Part shown: one piece after another, positions 23,401 to 35,839 of the stretch
Numbering within the stretch: position 1 is the first letter of the stretch
Layout of the letters: every line of letters begins with the position of its first letter
Assembly (NCBI GenBank): GCA_002189035.1
Contig: NEEC01000013.1
Coordinates: 1,178,001 to 1,242,000, forward strand
Length of the DNA stretch: 64,000 bases
DNA from: Utricularia gibba
Taxonomy: Eukaryota; Plantae; Magnoliophyta
Direction of reading: 5' to 3'
The notes under the pieces: model-generated
The model's input: the letters and a program-made list of their open reading frames with translations, nothing else
Told to the model about the DNA's origin: nothing
Databases searched by the model: none
Program-made: the position numbers and the translations under genes

Positions 23401-24801
23401 ATGGAGGGAGGTGCAGCGTCGACGGTGTCTGATGAGAAGGTGCAGTCGTCTTCTTACACTTACTGGGTCCGTCAGGCGACGTCCGAAGCTGCGCCTTTAC
23501 CCCTGCCCAAAAAAATCGATCCCGCGGATGCTTGCGATCCCACCGCGACCCACTTGGGCTCCCCTTGGAATCGGGTAATTTATTGGGTTTTTTTTTTCTG
23601 GGTTGAGTTTCCTGAATATCAATCAAGTGGGGATCGTCTTGTTTTATTTTGAATGTCGGAAATGATAAAATGAGTCGTGGTTTTATGATGAAATATAGTT
23701 AGAAAGTCTTGTTTCTAGGTTGAAGCGATGTACGAGAATTTGAACTTTAGTAATGGGATCGTTTTTCTGTGCAATTGAAGCCTTTTGCGGATCATTTCAT
23801 TCTTGCAGGCTGGAACGTGGGAGGAAAAAAATCTGAATGCATGGTCGAGTAACAGGATTAAGGTTTGCACCCCTTCATTCAGCAGCATTTTATTGATATG
23901 GTGGCGTTTGCGTCTTCATCATGAAGTTATGCTTCCCAAATGCATCAATTCTGCAACTTTTTGACTTTTCTTCGTTGTATTTCAATACCAGATGCATTCT
24001 TGGATGCCTGCCAACTTTATCTTCTTTCCTCATTTGGTCTTGTTGCAGGAGTTGCTTGAGTCTGTAGGATCATTGGGATTTACTGGTGGAAGGGCTGAAG
24101 TTGCTGAAGTCACAAGATGCTCCGGAGATGTGAGCAACTGCTGCCTCCTCCTAATCCTTTACATTTCTATTTATACTGCTTTATGCTAGGTGTCGGGGAT
24201 TATAATGAAGATAAAACCTGTTGCTTCTTTCATCAAATCCGAAATTGATAACTAACTTGGAACCTTTTGCGATGCCATTGTTGTGATACTTCTTTCCATG
24301 CTTGCTAGGCCTTTTTAGTGACTGTTCGGAACAAAAAACGTGTTGGTTACACATATGAAGTAACCGTTAAAGTGAAAGGTAACATAATCTTCTGCAGTCA
24401 AGAGATCATGCCTCCTTGCACGGTTTCATGCTTATGTTGGGGTGTGTTAATGATCCCCAGGGGAGTGGGAAGTTGAAGGGGAGAAAAGGAAGTTGAATGG
24501 GCACATCAACCTGCTAGAATTTTCCTTTGGAGAGCTGAATGACTTGGAGGTAGTCCTTTACTTGTGTCTGTTCTCACCAAGCTGAAGTCCTAGTAATGAA
24601 ATGCGATTAGCTGCAAAAAGAGTATACACTGATCTTCTAAAAACCATTGCCAATGCCTTTCAGATTGAAGTCAAGCTCACAGAAGACAAGGATATAAGGG
24701 AAGAAGACAAGCAGCGGATAATTCGTGATCTCCGATTGTTTTTGCCGCCATTTAGAGAAAAATTGCTCCAGTTCGAGGATGAACTTAAATCTCGGCAATG
24801 A
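23401..24801 (+). CDS. Activator of Hsp90 ATPase, Aha1 N-terminal-domain protein (6 exons)
   Basis: SYTYWVR..APLPLPKKI, LGSPWNR|AGTWEEKNL, GDAFLVTVRNKKRVGYTYE, KLLQFEDELKSRQ*; all junctions are in frame. Confidence 0.92.
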
Positions 24802-25137
24802 AGGATGTTTTCAGGAGTCTGCATCATTGCCTCCTGCAGCTGATGTTCATCTAAAGGGCTACAACTTGCTCTACTTGTGGGCGTTCTCAAATTCCTTGGA
24901 TAATTGTAACAGCTAATGTCACCTGGGATCACTGTGTACTTGCACTTCTGTTTCCTCAAGAGTCATTTGGCCACACTATTCAAAGAATTTTCATACTTTG
25001 TTTGTGTGTTTGATCTTGCAGAATAATCGGATCAGGAAACTCAAGAATAATCAATCAATGCTTCCAAACAGAGACAATTTGCGAATAGAGATTGAATCAT
25101 TCCTTACAGTAAACGACCCCAAAGTTCTTGTGTTTTC

Positions 25138-27013
25138 CTAGTTTTTGTCAGCTAAAACTTGTGAAATGCTGAACGAGGTGTTGCTTGAGCCAACCATTTC
25201 CAGCCATGAAGATTCTTGCTTCCACCATTTCCCTCTGGCGTAATTATCCTGGGATGCTGCAGATGGTTTCATGGCTTCAGGATCCAATTTTTTTTCTGGT
25301 TCTTCAACTTTGGGTTATCCTTCACCTCAGAGGAGCTAGCGGTAGGAAGAGTGTCAGATTTTGCAGTAACTTCACTTTCAGGATTTTTATTCATCAAAAA
25401 ATCTGAGACTCGGAATGTCATATTTGCACCCTTATCCACACGAGTTCTCCCTGGTGTCTCATTTGAGCTTCCCAAATTATGACTGTTCTTTCCTGCAGCA
25501 TTCTCATTTGGGGTATCTAATCTGTGACTGGAATTTGTCTTCCCATCACAAACCTGTTTCTTCTGTGAGGATACGAAGGTTGTAGGAATGTTTTCACTGC
25601 TTAGTGGCGTTTTAGGAAGGCGCTTCAGTTTTTTACATGCACGCGGATCAGAAGAGGAATTGTTAACTACCTCCTCACTGGTAACCGGATGCACCTGAAG
25701 ATTCATATCAGAGACAAATTACTATTTGCACTCATGAACATGAAATGAAAAAAAGGAGGGAGATTGCCAGCCAACAGACTGCCATTTTACCTGGTCAATA
25801 GCCATCTTTCTTGCTCTCCAATTGTCGAAAGGATCAACTCTCTTACTTGCCTGATCCACGATATTGATCACAAGGTTATCTTCACTCTCTCTATGGCTGC
25901 TACCGCTGTCAGCAGAAACGACCTCTTCATCATTTACTTGTTTTTGTGATTCGTCTTTACTGGAAAGTAGTGCTGAGGTGCTGTCCCTCCCTAAAAGCTT
26001 CCCCAGTACAGATTTCATCATGTTCATCTCATCTTCATTCATTCCATAATTCTCTGCCGCCACACACTCATCTGTATGATTACTTTTCCGCACTTCCAGA
26101 GATGGACAATGCTCCTCACAATCACAGAAGTGCACAGGAAGTGGAGGATATTCAAAGCGTTGGAAACTGTATTTGTGCTTGCCCGTTCCCTTGAAGGGTA
26201 CTGGTTTTATCTGCAGAACAATAGAGAGTTACTATCACCCATCACCACGCAGAGATGATTACTCAAAACGGATAGCATCAACTTTAAAGTCCAAGAAAGA
26301 GGCATACCTTCCTTAACTTGGGGAAAAATATCTTAAGCTGCACACCCTCAAATTCTTTGCTGTTTTTTGGTTTCTGCAAACTCTCATTCAAGTCAGCCAT
26401 ATTTTTATCCATATTCATCTGGAGCTCAGTATCTTCAGCCCATTCGCTTTTTAGCCGATCCATGTAATGTTCTTTTGCCTTCTCAAGTCGAAGCCTCCCA
26501 CCCTTCCACAAGCACCCATTATACTGCACCAACCGACCTTCACCTCCTCAGAATTCAAAAACGCTCAAGAAAAGAATGAAACAACTGAAAGAAGTAATGA
26601 CTCCGATATCCGAATACCACATTTTACTAGAATTGCCTAAACCAAATATCCAAACCCTTTACTTGCTCTATCGAAAGTTGTCGATTTCTGATAGATGTAA
26701 AACTCAATGGGAGAAAGCGAAGAAAATACCTTGTTGAAGAGCATGGTGAGGCCCTTTTCGGAAGCAGGATCAAAATCGAAATACGCAAAGCTTCGACCTT
26801 TAGAGCGAATAATTTGGACAGAATTCACAGCACCTAGCTGCGGGGTGCCAAATATCTTCTTGATCTCATCTTCCTGCACATTCGCTCCCAAGCCCCCTAC
26901 ATGAATCCTCATACTTTCTCCTCCCAATTCTATGCTCTTGCAAAAATTCACCTTTTTCACGCAGTAAACGCCAAGCTCACCTTCCCTCCCCAATGCTTCT
27001 TCTTCATCCGCAT
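25138..27013 (-). CDS. ROS3: RRM protein, ROS3 / NOL8-like; -1 frameshift at 25288-25295; start at 26912 or 27013
   Basis: MRIHVGGLG...RSKGRSFAYFDF...YNGCLWKGGRLRLEKAKEHY, KGTGKHKYSFQR, PLPVHFCDCEEH. The C-terminal QESSWLEMVGSSNTSFSISQVL motif is recovered only after adding one A. Confidence 0.88.
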
Positions 27014-27795
27014 CGAAGGGGAAGGGACATGAAAATGGGCCTTTTTTTGGGCCTCGTCAATATTTATAAATGGGCTAGAAAATAGATAACAGGCCACGGT
27101 TCAAAAATATGACGTAGAATGAACAATATTAACAATATGGACGTCACGGGATAGGCACATGTAAATTATGTGTTGTCATTATTTTGATTGATTAAAAAAA
27201 TATATGAAAATCTTCATTAAAAATTATAGAATATAATTTTTTTTCCAAAAAGCTACATGAATATCATGTATCTATCATTGTGTAGGTTTATATATATTAA
27301 TCAAATTAAAATAAATGATCTTAATTGAATCGAATGCAATTTAAATATAAATTGTTCGTTCGTTATAATAACTATACTGAAAATTAATAAAAAAATAACG
27401 AAAAAGTTTGATGCAAATTAGGTAAAATAATTCAAAAAAATTATGAAAAAAATAAAGAGATTGATGAAAAAACATGCACTAGATCCTTTTTCTTTGTCAG
27501 TTCTAACTGCAGTAACTCAGTCTCGTTCTATTTCTAGTTGTCCAGATCGAGACCAATTCGAACTGTGTGTGTGTTTTTTGTGTGTACTATGTTGAAGGGT
27601 TGCCATATAATTAAATTTCTCATTTTTATTTATCAGATATTCAAGAAAAAGGGTTTTCAAAACCTTAAATACGAATTTGGAAAGATGCCAAGTACGATAT
27701 GATGTCTTTTTTGTTTCCATAAATGTGTGCATGCATGCCGGCGTCACCGAATGATGCATGAAATTCCGGCAACCAGCGGGAAGGACGCTACGGGG

Positions 27796-29456
27796 ATGCA
27801 GGGAATGGCTTTCCGAATCTTACTTTTCTTCTCCTTGGTGTTTCTCGGCTGGGCGGAAGCCGCCGGGAACGCCACCGCGGGGCTGGCGGTGAACTGGGGA
27901 ACGCAGACGACGCATCTGTTGCCACCGGAGATAACGGTGAAGATGCTGACGGACAACGCTTTTGGGAGGGTGAAACTGTTCGAAGCCGATCCGGGAATAC
28001 TCGGAGCACTTGGTGGATCTGGGATCCGGGTTATGATCGGAATTCCCAATTTTATGCTGCGGAAAGTGGCGTCGACTCCCGATGCCGCCGCCGCCTGGGT
28101 CGCGGCGAACGTCACACGTTATTTGGCCAAGAAGGTTGACATAAGGTGGTCGTCTGAGATTTGGGATATAGTTTGATTCCAAAAATTCAAGTAGAAGATA
28201 AAAATCAAAAGAGATTTAGGAATGTGATTTCTTTTTTTTGGATTTTCAGATACATTGCCGTCGGAAATGAGCCGCTGCTGCAATCCTACAACGGCACCTT
28301 CGTGAATGTGACATTTCCGGCGCTGAGGAACATCCAAAATGCTCTCGACGATGCCGGTGTCGGTAGCCATATCAAAGCCACTGTGCCGCTAAACGGCGAC
28401 ATCTACTACTCCCACACTGGGAAACCCTCCGGCGGCATTTTTCTCCCGAGGATGATGAACACAATGACCACCATCCTCGACTTTCTCAACCGGACCAACG
28501 CCCCGCTTACGATGAACGTCTACCCCTTCTACAGCGTTATCGATAACCCCTTTTTCCCAGTGGATTACGCCTTCTTCGACGGCGTCGCTGAACCCTTGAT
28601 GGACGGCAACCTCACTTACACCAACACGCTGGAGGCTCAGATCGACACCCTGTATTCTGCCTTGAACACCTCTAGATTCCCATCCATTCCGATCATTATC
28701 GGAGAAGTTGGCTGGCCATCCGATGGCAATCGCGTTGCGAATATTTCATTCGCGCAGCGATTCAATCAGGGATTGATCAAGTTCATGAATGAAGGAAAAG
28801 GAACTCCAATGAAGGCCAAGCTCCCTGATATTTACATGTTCTCATTGATCGACGAGGATGGGAAAGGGATCGAGCCCGGAGACTTTGAGCGTCATTGGGG
28901 GCTGTTCAACATCGACGGCAGCCTGAAATACAATCTGAGCTTAGGCGGCGACCGAAACCTGACGCCGGCGAAAGGAGTTCTCTACTATCCGCGTCAGTGG
29001 TGTGTGATGGCAGCCGGAGCACACCCTGAAGAATCCAAGCTTAATGATAGCATGATATACGCCTGCGATAGAGCGGACTGCACCAAGCTCTCGAATGGCT
29101 CGTCGTGCGGTGGGATGGATCCGCACGCCGCCGCATCGTATGCATTTAATCAGTACTTCCAGACAGCAAATCAGACTGCTGGTTCGTGCAGCTTCGGGGA
29201 CATGGCATCGTTGACAGACACAGAACCAGAGTTCAACAATGGGGCTTGCAAGCTTGACGTCATGTTCGATCTAGAGGCCACTGTCAGCAGTTTGCGTGGA
29301 AATACAACCGGATCACATAATCATACCGATGTGAGCCCGTTGGGATCTCCAACAGAGTCAACTTCAGAAGCAGAATCGCCCCCGCATTCAGGGGCTAACC
29401 GGAAAATGATCAGATCATCACTTCTTTTAGCTCTGATGATTATCCTGGCCATCTGA
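27796..29456 (+). CDS. GH17 endo-1,3-beta-glucanase with X8 (CBM43) domain and probable GPI anchor (1 intron, 28146-28249)
   Basis: Signal peptide, [13 protein letters not shown] (acid/base Glu), [10 protein letters not shown] (nucleophile), FERHWG, WCV...YAC..ADC X8 cysteines and a hydrophobic C-terminus. Confidence 0.95.
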
Positions 29457-29792
29457 ACAAGGAGAGGGATCAGAACATTCTCCTTCTATGCTTCATTAAA
29501 GTAATCTGGCATACAGTATATATGTGCAGAGACACATATACATGAAGCATAGCTTCAGATTGCCACCATTGTAGGGTTAGCTGAAGCTGAGAAGTTCTGG
29601 TCACAAACTATGAAGAGAGAGTTCCATCCCAACTTCAACTGCCCTACTGTCTTCTGTTTTGGGGCATTAAAAGTGAGAAAATAAATTAAAAAGGTTGATC
29701 GCCGTACTTCCATCTCCATTTCTCAACTGCCGTCGTTTCTCCTACCTTATCGGATTCATACCGCGATTTTCTTCACCGAGATCGAGAATTAG

Positions 29793-32160
29793 ATGCTGGA
29801 AACGGGGTCGTCATCGACTAATGGGCTCCATCTCGGTCGCCGGATCCACTCCACGGCCAAGCGATTGTTTGCCCATAAGATCCCTTGATCTCTTTCTGGG
29901 TATTCTTTTTCGTCACTTTGTTTCGCTGGCAGAGGGGCTCCGCAACGGAGCTCTCGATTTCTCGATGCCAGTTGCCGAACACAATAGAGTTCCCGAAGCT
30001 TCGGCCGACTGGGTTTAACTTGACGGAATTCGGGGGAGTCGGGGATGGGTTGACTCTTAATACGGCGGCGTTTGAAAATGCGATCAGGGCTATCTCGGAA
30101 CTTGGGGATCAGGGAGGTGGCCAGCTGAATGTTCCACCGGGAAATTGGCTCACTGCCCCGTTCAATCTCACCAGTCACATGACGCTATTTCTAGCCGAGG
30201 GGGCTGTCATTCTTGGGATTGACGTGAGTGTTTCCATTTTTGCTCAAACCATATTATTTTCTTTTATTTAAAGATCTCGATTTTCTCCATGAGTATTGCA
30301 CAAATTTACCTGGCAAGTGTTTGGTTTACAAGTTATAAGTGTTTGATAACTCCAGCCATTACAAGTTAAAAGTGTTGAAAGAAAGAGGGAATCTTTGTTA
30401 ACTTAGGCACTGTGATAAGCGCAAGACAAAACCTTTGCTAGACTGAATTATCCCCAAATGAAAGTTACCCTCTTCCCAATTTGCCATTTCAACTGACTTC
30501 GCATGCTGAATAGACTCATTGGAAATACGAGGATCTGGTCTGGACCTTGACTATGTATGTGGCACTTTGTGCAGTGCATTTTGAGCTTGAATTTTCATCT
30601 TGTTCTGTTATGGCCATAATTTCCTTTGGCATCTGGCTACTGATCCAAGCATGAATGTTTATTTGCAAATCTGGAATTCTTTCCATTGATAGCGTTATTG
30701 TAGCAGGGAGAATCGAATTCGACGTATTTCTTTGGAGTAATGTGACATAGAAACTGTTAATAGTTAAGCATGACATTACAATGATGCTTTAGTTCATGGC
30801 ATGTGGAATAGCAGAATCCATAGAGGCATCTATCTACTGGAGTTAATTAGGTGCACTGCATTTTACTCCTTTGTGGGCATTACCTGCAACTTCAGTTTAC
30901 ACCCTCAACGTTCTCTAGGATGAGAATTATTGGCATCTGATGCCTCCACTGCCCTCGTATGGATACGGGAGGGAGCATCCAGGACCACGTTATGGAAGTT
31001 TAATCCATGGGCAAAAGCTCAAAGATGTTGTGATCACAGGTGCTGTTTCTGGCTCGCTCTCTCGACAAAATGGCATGAATATGCTTTGATATGAGTTTAT
31101 CCTGCAGGGAACAATGGCACCATAAATGGCCAGGGACAAGCGTGGTGGAAAAAGTTTCGTCAGAAGCAACTTAACCATACCAGAGGGCCGCTTGTGCAGA
31201 TTATGTGGTCGAGCGATATCGTAGTATCGAATGTAACCCTGCGAGACTCCCCTTTCTGGACCCTTCATCCTTATGATTGCAGGAATGTGACGATAGCAAA
31301 TTTGACCATCCTTGCTCCTCTTCTTGATGCTCCAAATACTGATGGAATAGATCCTACCCTGACAGCTGCGGGACGCAGATAACTAATGAACTCTGGGTTC
31401 TCAGATTCATGCCAGGACATGGTGATTGAGAACTGCTACATCAGTGTGGGAGATGATGCTATAGCAATCAAGAGTGGTTGGGATCAGTTCGGCATCGCCT
31501 ACAACCGTCCTTCCACGAACATACTCATTCGGAATCTGGTTGTCCGATCAATGGTCAGGTGAGAAACGCCCAAGTTCTGATTTTTTTGTTCTGTATCATG
31601 ATCAGCTAACACCATGGCGTCGTGGCCTGAATGACAGCGCCGGTGTCTCCATCGGCAGTGAGATGTCCGGTGGGGTATCGAACATCACCGTTGAGAACCT
31701 TCACGTCTGGAGCTCGAGACGAGCCGTCCGAATCAAGACGGCGCCGGGGCGCGGCGGCTACATCAGAAACATAAGATACAGGAACCTCACATTCAGCGAC
31801 GTCCGTGCGGGAATTGTCATCAAGACGGACTACAACGAGCACCCTCCCGGATACGACCCCACGGCTCTTCCGATCATCGAGGATATAACGTATGAATCCG
31901 TGCACGGAGAAGGCGTGGAGGTGCCGGTACAGATCTACGGCAGCGCAGAGGTTCCGATTAGGAACGTCCTCTTCGGGGACTTGTCCGCGGGAATAACTTC
32001 CAATAACAAGCACAATTTTCAATGTGGGTTCCTGGAGGATCGCGACGTAGGCTCGGTGTTTCCTGCTCCTTGCGACAACCTCGATCCGTACGATGAACAG
32101 GGGCGGCTGCTACGGCGGCCCGCCGCCAGGAATGCATCCGATATAGACCACGATTTTTAG
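29793..32160 (+). CDS. GH28 polygalacturonase (pectin-lyase-like); as written disrupted by a -1 frameshift (29882-29884) and a missing splice donor (about 31355); possible pseudogene
   Basis: FNLTSHMTLFLA, YGYGREHPGPRY, NTDGIDP, SVGDDAIAIKSGWD, SIGSEMSGG and RIKTAPGRGG motifs. Confidence 0.85.
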
Positions 32161-32269
32161 CATCGTGCACTTTTTTTGTTTATAAAAAATAAAAAGTAAT
32201 ATTCATTTTCAAAAGATATTTAATTTTATTAAGAAATAATACGAAAAAGAATATTATTTACAGAGAAGT

Positions 32270-32845
32270 CAACTTCTTCGCCCAGGCCACGCGGGTTCAA
32301 ATTATTCAAAGAGTACACGTCGTTGTTTTCGGAGCATTAGCAGCACGTGCCTAATTTGCGCGTAGAACCCGTTCTAGAAATTCAGTCCGTACCAATGAAA
32401 CAAAGATTCCAGCATCGAAAGTACACCTTACCTTGTCTTTATGCATTAATTTTCTTAAATCCGTAAAGCTATTATTTCAATAAATGAAGTTTAATTCACA
32501 TTTAAAAATTATTTTTTGAACCAATATTTATTTTTTAAAAATTATTAACTAGTTCCGTACATATGCTATATAATTACGTAATTAGGCACATTTTAGTGGG
32601 GGAAAAAGTAATTAATCATTCCTAAATTATCCCGACAAAGGAGACGACCGGTCTAAGATCCGAAGTTAATGTTATTTGTCAATGAGCTTCCATTGAACCG
32701 GCAAAGGTGATTCGGTCTCTGTGGGACCCGCTGCTGTTTTCTTTAAAAAAAATTCTCACAATTTCCTCGTGCTTTTTTCATTAGTATACTCAATGATCAC
32801 GGCCCAGGTACGCGTGGCCGCTATATAGAACTACCCCGCGTTATA
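32270..32845 (+). promoter_or_regulatory. JAZ promoter with G-box, CGCG boxes and TATA
   Basis: CACGTG at 32344-32349; CGCG cores at 32290, 32358-32363, 32810-32815 and CGCGTT 32837-32842; TATATA at 32822-32827. Confidence 0.6.
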
Positions 32846-32920
32846 TCCCAGTCACAGAAGCGTTGTTTTTATTGTGTGTTTCTTCCGTGTGGTTTTTCTT
32901 GATTTTATGAAGAGGGAGTC

Positions 32921-33824
32921 ATGGGTTCATCGGGAAAGACAGACTCCGGCGTCAGATCAACCTTCTCCAGAACCTGCAGCCTTCTCAGCCTGTACCTCAA
33001 GGAGAACGGCGGCTTCGGAGACCTCAGTCTCGGCCTGAATTCCTCGCCTGCCGTCGAAACCAAAGGTCAGTAACAAAAAGGTGTATATACATCTTGTTTT
33101 GTTGGATCTGGATGCATTTGACTGAATATTGAGTTGTGATGGAGCAGAAACGTTGGATTTATTACCTAAGATGGAGAGATCAGGGCAGAGTTCTCAGTCG
33201 GAGGACGGAGAAGTGACGATAAAGTCAACGGAGGCGGAGAAAGGGAATCAGATGATCATATTTTACCGAGGTGAGGTCAAAGTTTTTGACGATGTAGCGG
33301 CGGAGAAAGCAACCGAAATCTTGATGTTGGCCGGAAGGTTCAGCGCCGCCAACAACATGTATCCACCTGGCTTTCATTCTCCGGCGCCCGCTTTCGACTC
33401 CGCCACGAGTCTGCCGTGTCTCCGCCCCATTTACCCCCGCCACGATCCCCACAACCGCCTCTTCGCAGCTCCCGATTTCACCTCCGGTAAGCTCCTCCAC
33501 TCTACCCATCAAATCCTTATAAATTGAATTGAATATCGATGTCACATCTCAAGTTCGATTATCTGATGCTTAAATTTTCCCACTTGCAGATTTGCCATTT
33601 GCAAGGAAGCATTCTCTAGCTCAGTTTCTCGCCAAGAGAAAAGACAGGTACACCACAGTTCACCCTCTTTGTTTTTGTCACGTTTGGTAATAAATTTTAA
33701 CTTTCACTGTTGGTCCAGAATTTCAGCCAACGCGCCGTACTCAGCCAGCAAGCCGCCGCACCCAAAGAAGCAGCCCATGAACGAGGAGCCGTGGCTGGGA
33801 TTATCTCCTAATCATTCTCATTAG
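32921..33824 (+). CDS. JAZ: Jasmonate-ZIM-domain repressor (JAZ1/TIFY10-like), 4 exons
   Basis: N-terminal [27 protein letters not shown] domain [27 protein letters not shown], and Jas motif [20 protein letters not shown]|ISANAPY split by the conserved intron. Confidence 0.93.
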
Positions 33825-34621
33825 TCATGTAATCGCATTCATTATTAGGGTTAAACATGAACACCTCCAATCCAGATCCTTGTGCGTCTTCCAGTTATTG
33901 CATACTATTCACTATTTACTAAATAAAAATAAACTCCAATAATATACAGTTGTAATCGATCGGAATTGCGATTTCATTTCAAGATTCTTAATTTTCGTAT
34001 GGCTTTGAATTGATTCGCTATTGTTTGAATAAAAGAACCATCCATTTCAAATACTTAAATGAATTGTTGTGGGTGACTAAAAAAGTTGATATTTTTGGAG
34101 ATAATTACAAACACCCATATGAGTTGTTACGAGTATTTGAAAAAAAATTTAAAAAATATTGTGTTTCATAGATATCCATAACACCTTATGTGAATAGGTT
34201 GAAAAAATTCGATATTTTTAGAATGTTTTAAGACACCCACAATCATTATAAATAACTAAAAATAGAATATTTATTTTTAAAATAATTTTTAACACTTAAA
34301 ACTATGGTTGGAATTGAAACCATATGATTCAATTCCAATTTGATTCCAATTTTGAGCCAAAACTATACATTTTGGTTTTAGTTTCGATTTAGTATAAGGT
34401 TTATGATTCTGGTTTTGAATTGAAATTGAAATCCAATTTGATATAGAACCTTGATCTATGAACCATCAATCAATGAATAGCATGTATTAAAATTATCCAA
34501 GAATTTTAATTTATTCTCTTTTGCAAACCCCACCCCCAAAGAAACGCGAATTCTCTTTTCTAACCCGCGTCACGTGCCTGAGATGCGATGCCTTCCTCCA
34601 CAGGAAGAATGACCGACAGAT

Positions 34622-34646
34622 ACAGACAGACAGACAGACAGACAGT
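34622..34646. repeat. (GACA)n tetranucleotide microsatellite
   Basis: acagacagacagacagacagacag seen directly. Confidence 0.85.
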
Positions 34647-35839
34647 CAAGGATGCGGTTTGCGCGTTGATGGCGAGGGGGGGAAAAGTAATAATTGAAAA
34701 GTGCATGGGCTGAATGTGAAGACGTTGAATCCTTCCACCACGTCAATTCATTCGTGTGTCGAGGTGACTGTGGGATGAATGTTCACATTTGGGTGCCAGC
34801 GCCAGTCAGGGGCCAAAAAATAGTTTTTAAAAGTTTGACAAATCGATCCCCCGTTCAAATTCCCTTACTCATATTAAATTAATTAATATTCCTTAAGTTG
34901 CATGTGAAAATCATTTAGGTTGAATTTCGGTTTAGAAAATTGGAATGAGGGGCAGAGTGAGAAGCTTAGGTTATTAGAATAATTCTTATTTTTAAATTAA
35001 TTTGTTTAAAAATAGTAAAAAATAATAGAAACACGTCTTCTATTTATTAAATTACTTTTTAAAAAATATTTTTATTATATGAATTAAATAGAATATTCTA
35101 TTTTATTAAAATTAATCATTAAAAAGTAATTTTTAGACATAGAATTAACCAAACTCTTAGGAGCTCGTATATAGAATTTTCTAAGTGATTGTGTTTAATT
35201 TTTAAAGATTATAATCTTTAATTGTTATGTAATAAAATAAGAAATTCAAATAATTTATGTTTAGTAATTAAATAAGATAAAAAATTGTTTAAAAAATATA
35301 TTATTTATTTTAATTTACTTTAAAAATATATTTATATTATAATATTAAATTACATTATAATGTAATATACTTAATTCTATAATATAATTTTATTTTATTC
35401 TATAAAATAATTTTAAAATATTCTATATAATGTGAAGCATTTTGAAATTACATAATATGTCTCTAATTCAGTTATTGTAAATCTGATTTTTTGACGTTGA
35501 ATGCAATGGGCCGTGGGCCGAGTATAATGATACCCATCTTTTTAATAATGAATAAATTAATACCCACGAATTAATTTATTTTTCGTGTAAAAATTTTTGG
35601 ATAAGTTACAAGACATCCCCGTCTCTATCTTAAAAGGACAGTTTTGTCATTGGGGTTGTAGTCATCCAGGCCTTCATCCGCCAGCCTAGCTTACACATGA
35701 TTCGAATTTGGTAAATATTTTTTAAAAATAAGAAATTACAAGTTCGGAGCAATAAAAAAAAACATCATTTTTAATAAAATGATGGAAATTTTCAGACCTC
35801 ACAGATGCGTTGGAGGGAGTGTGTTAGATTTTTATCCTG

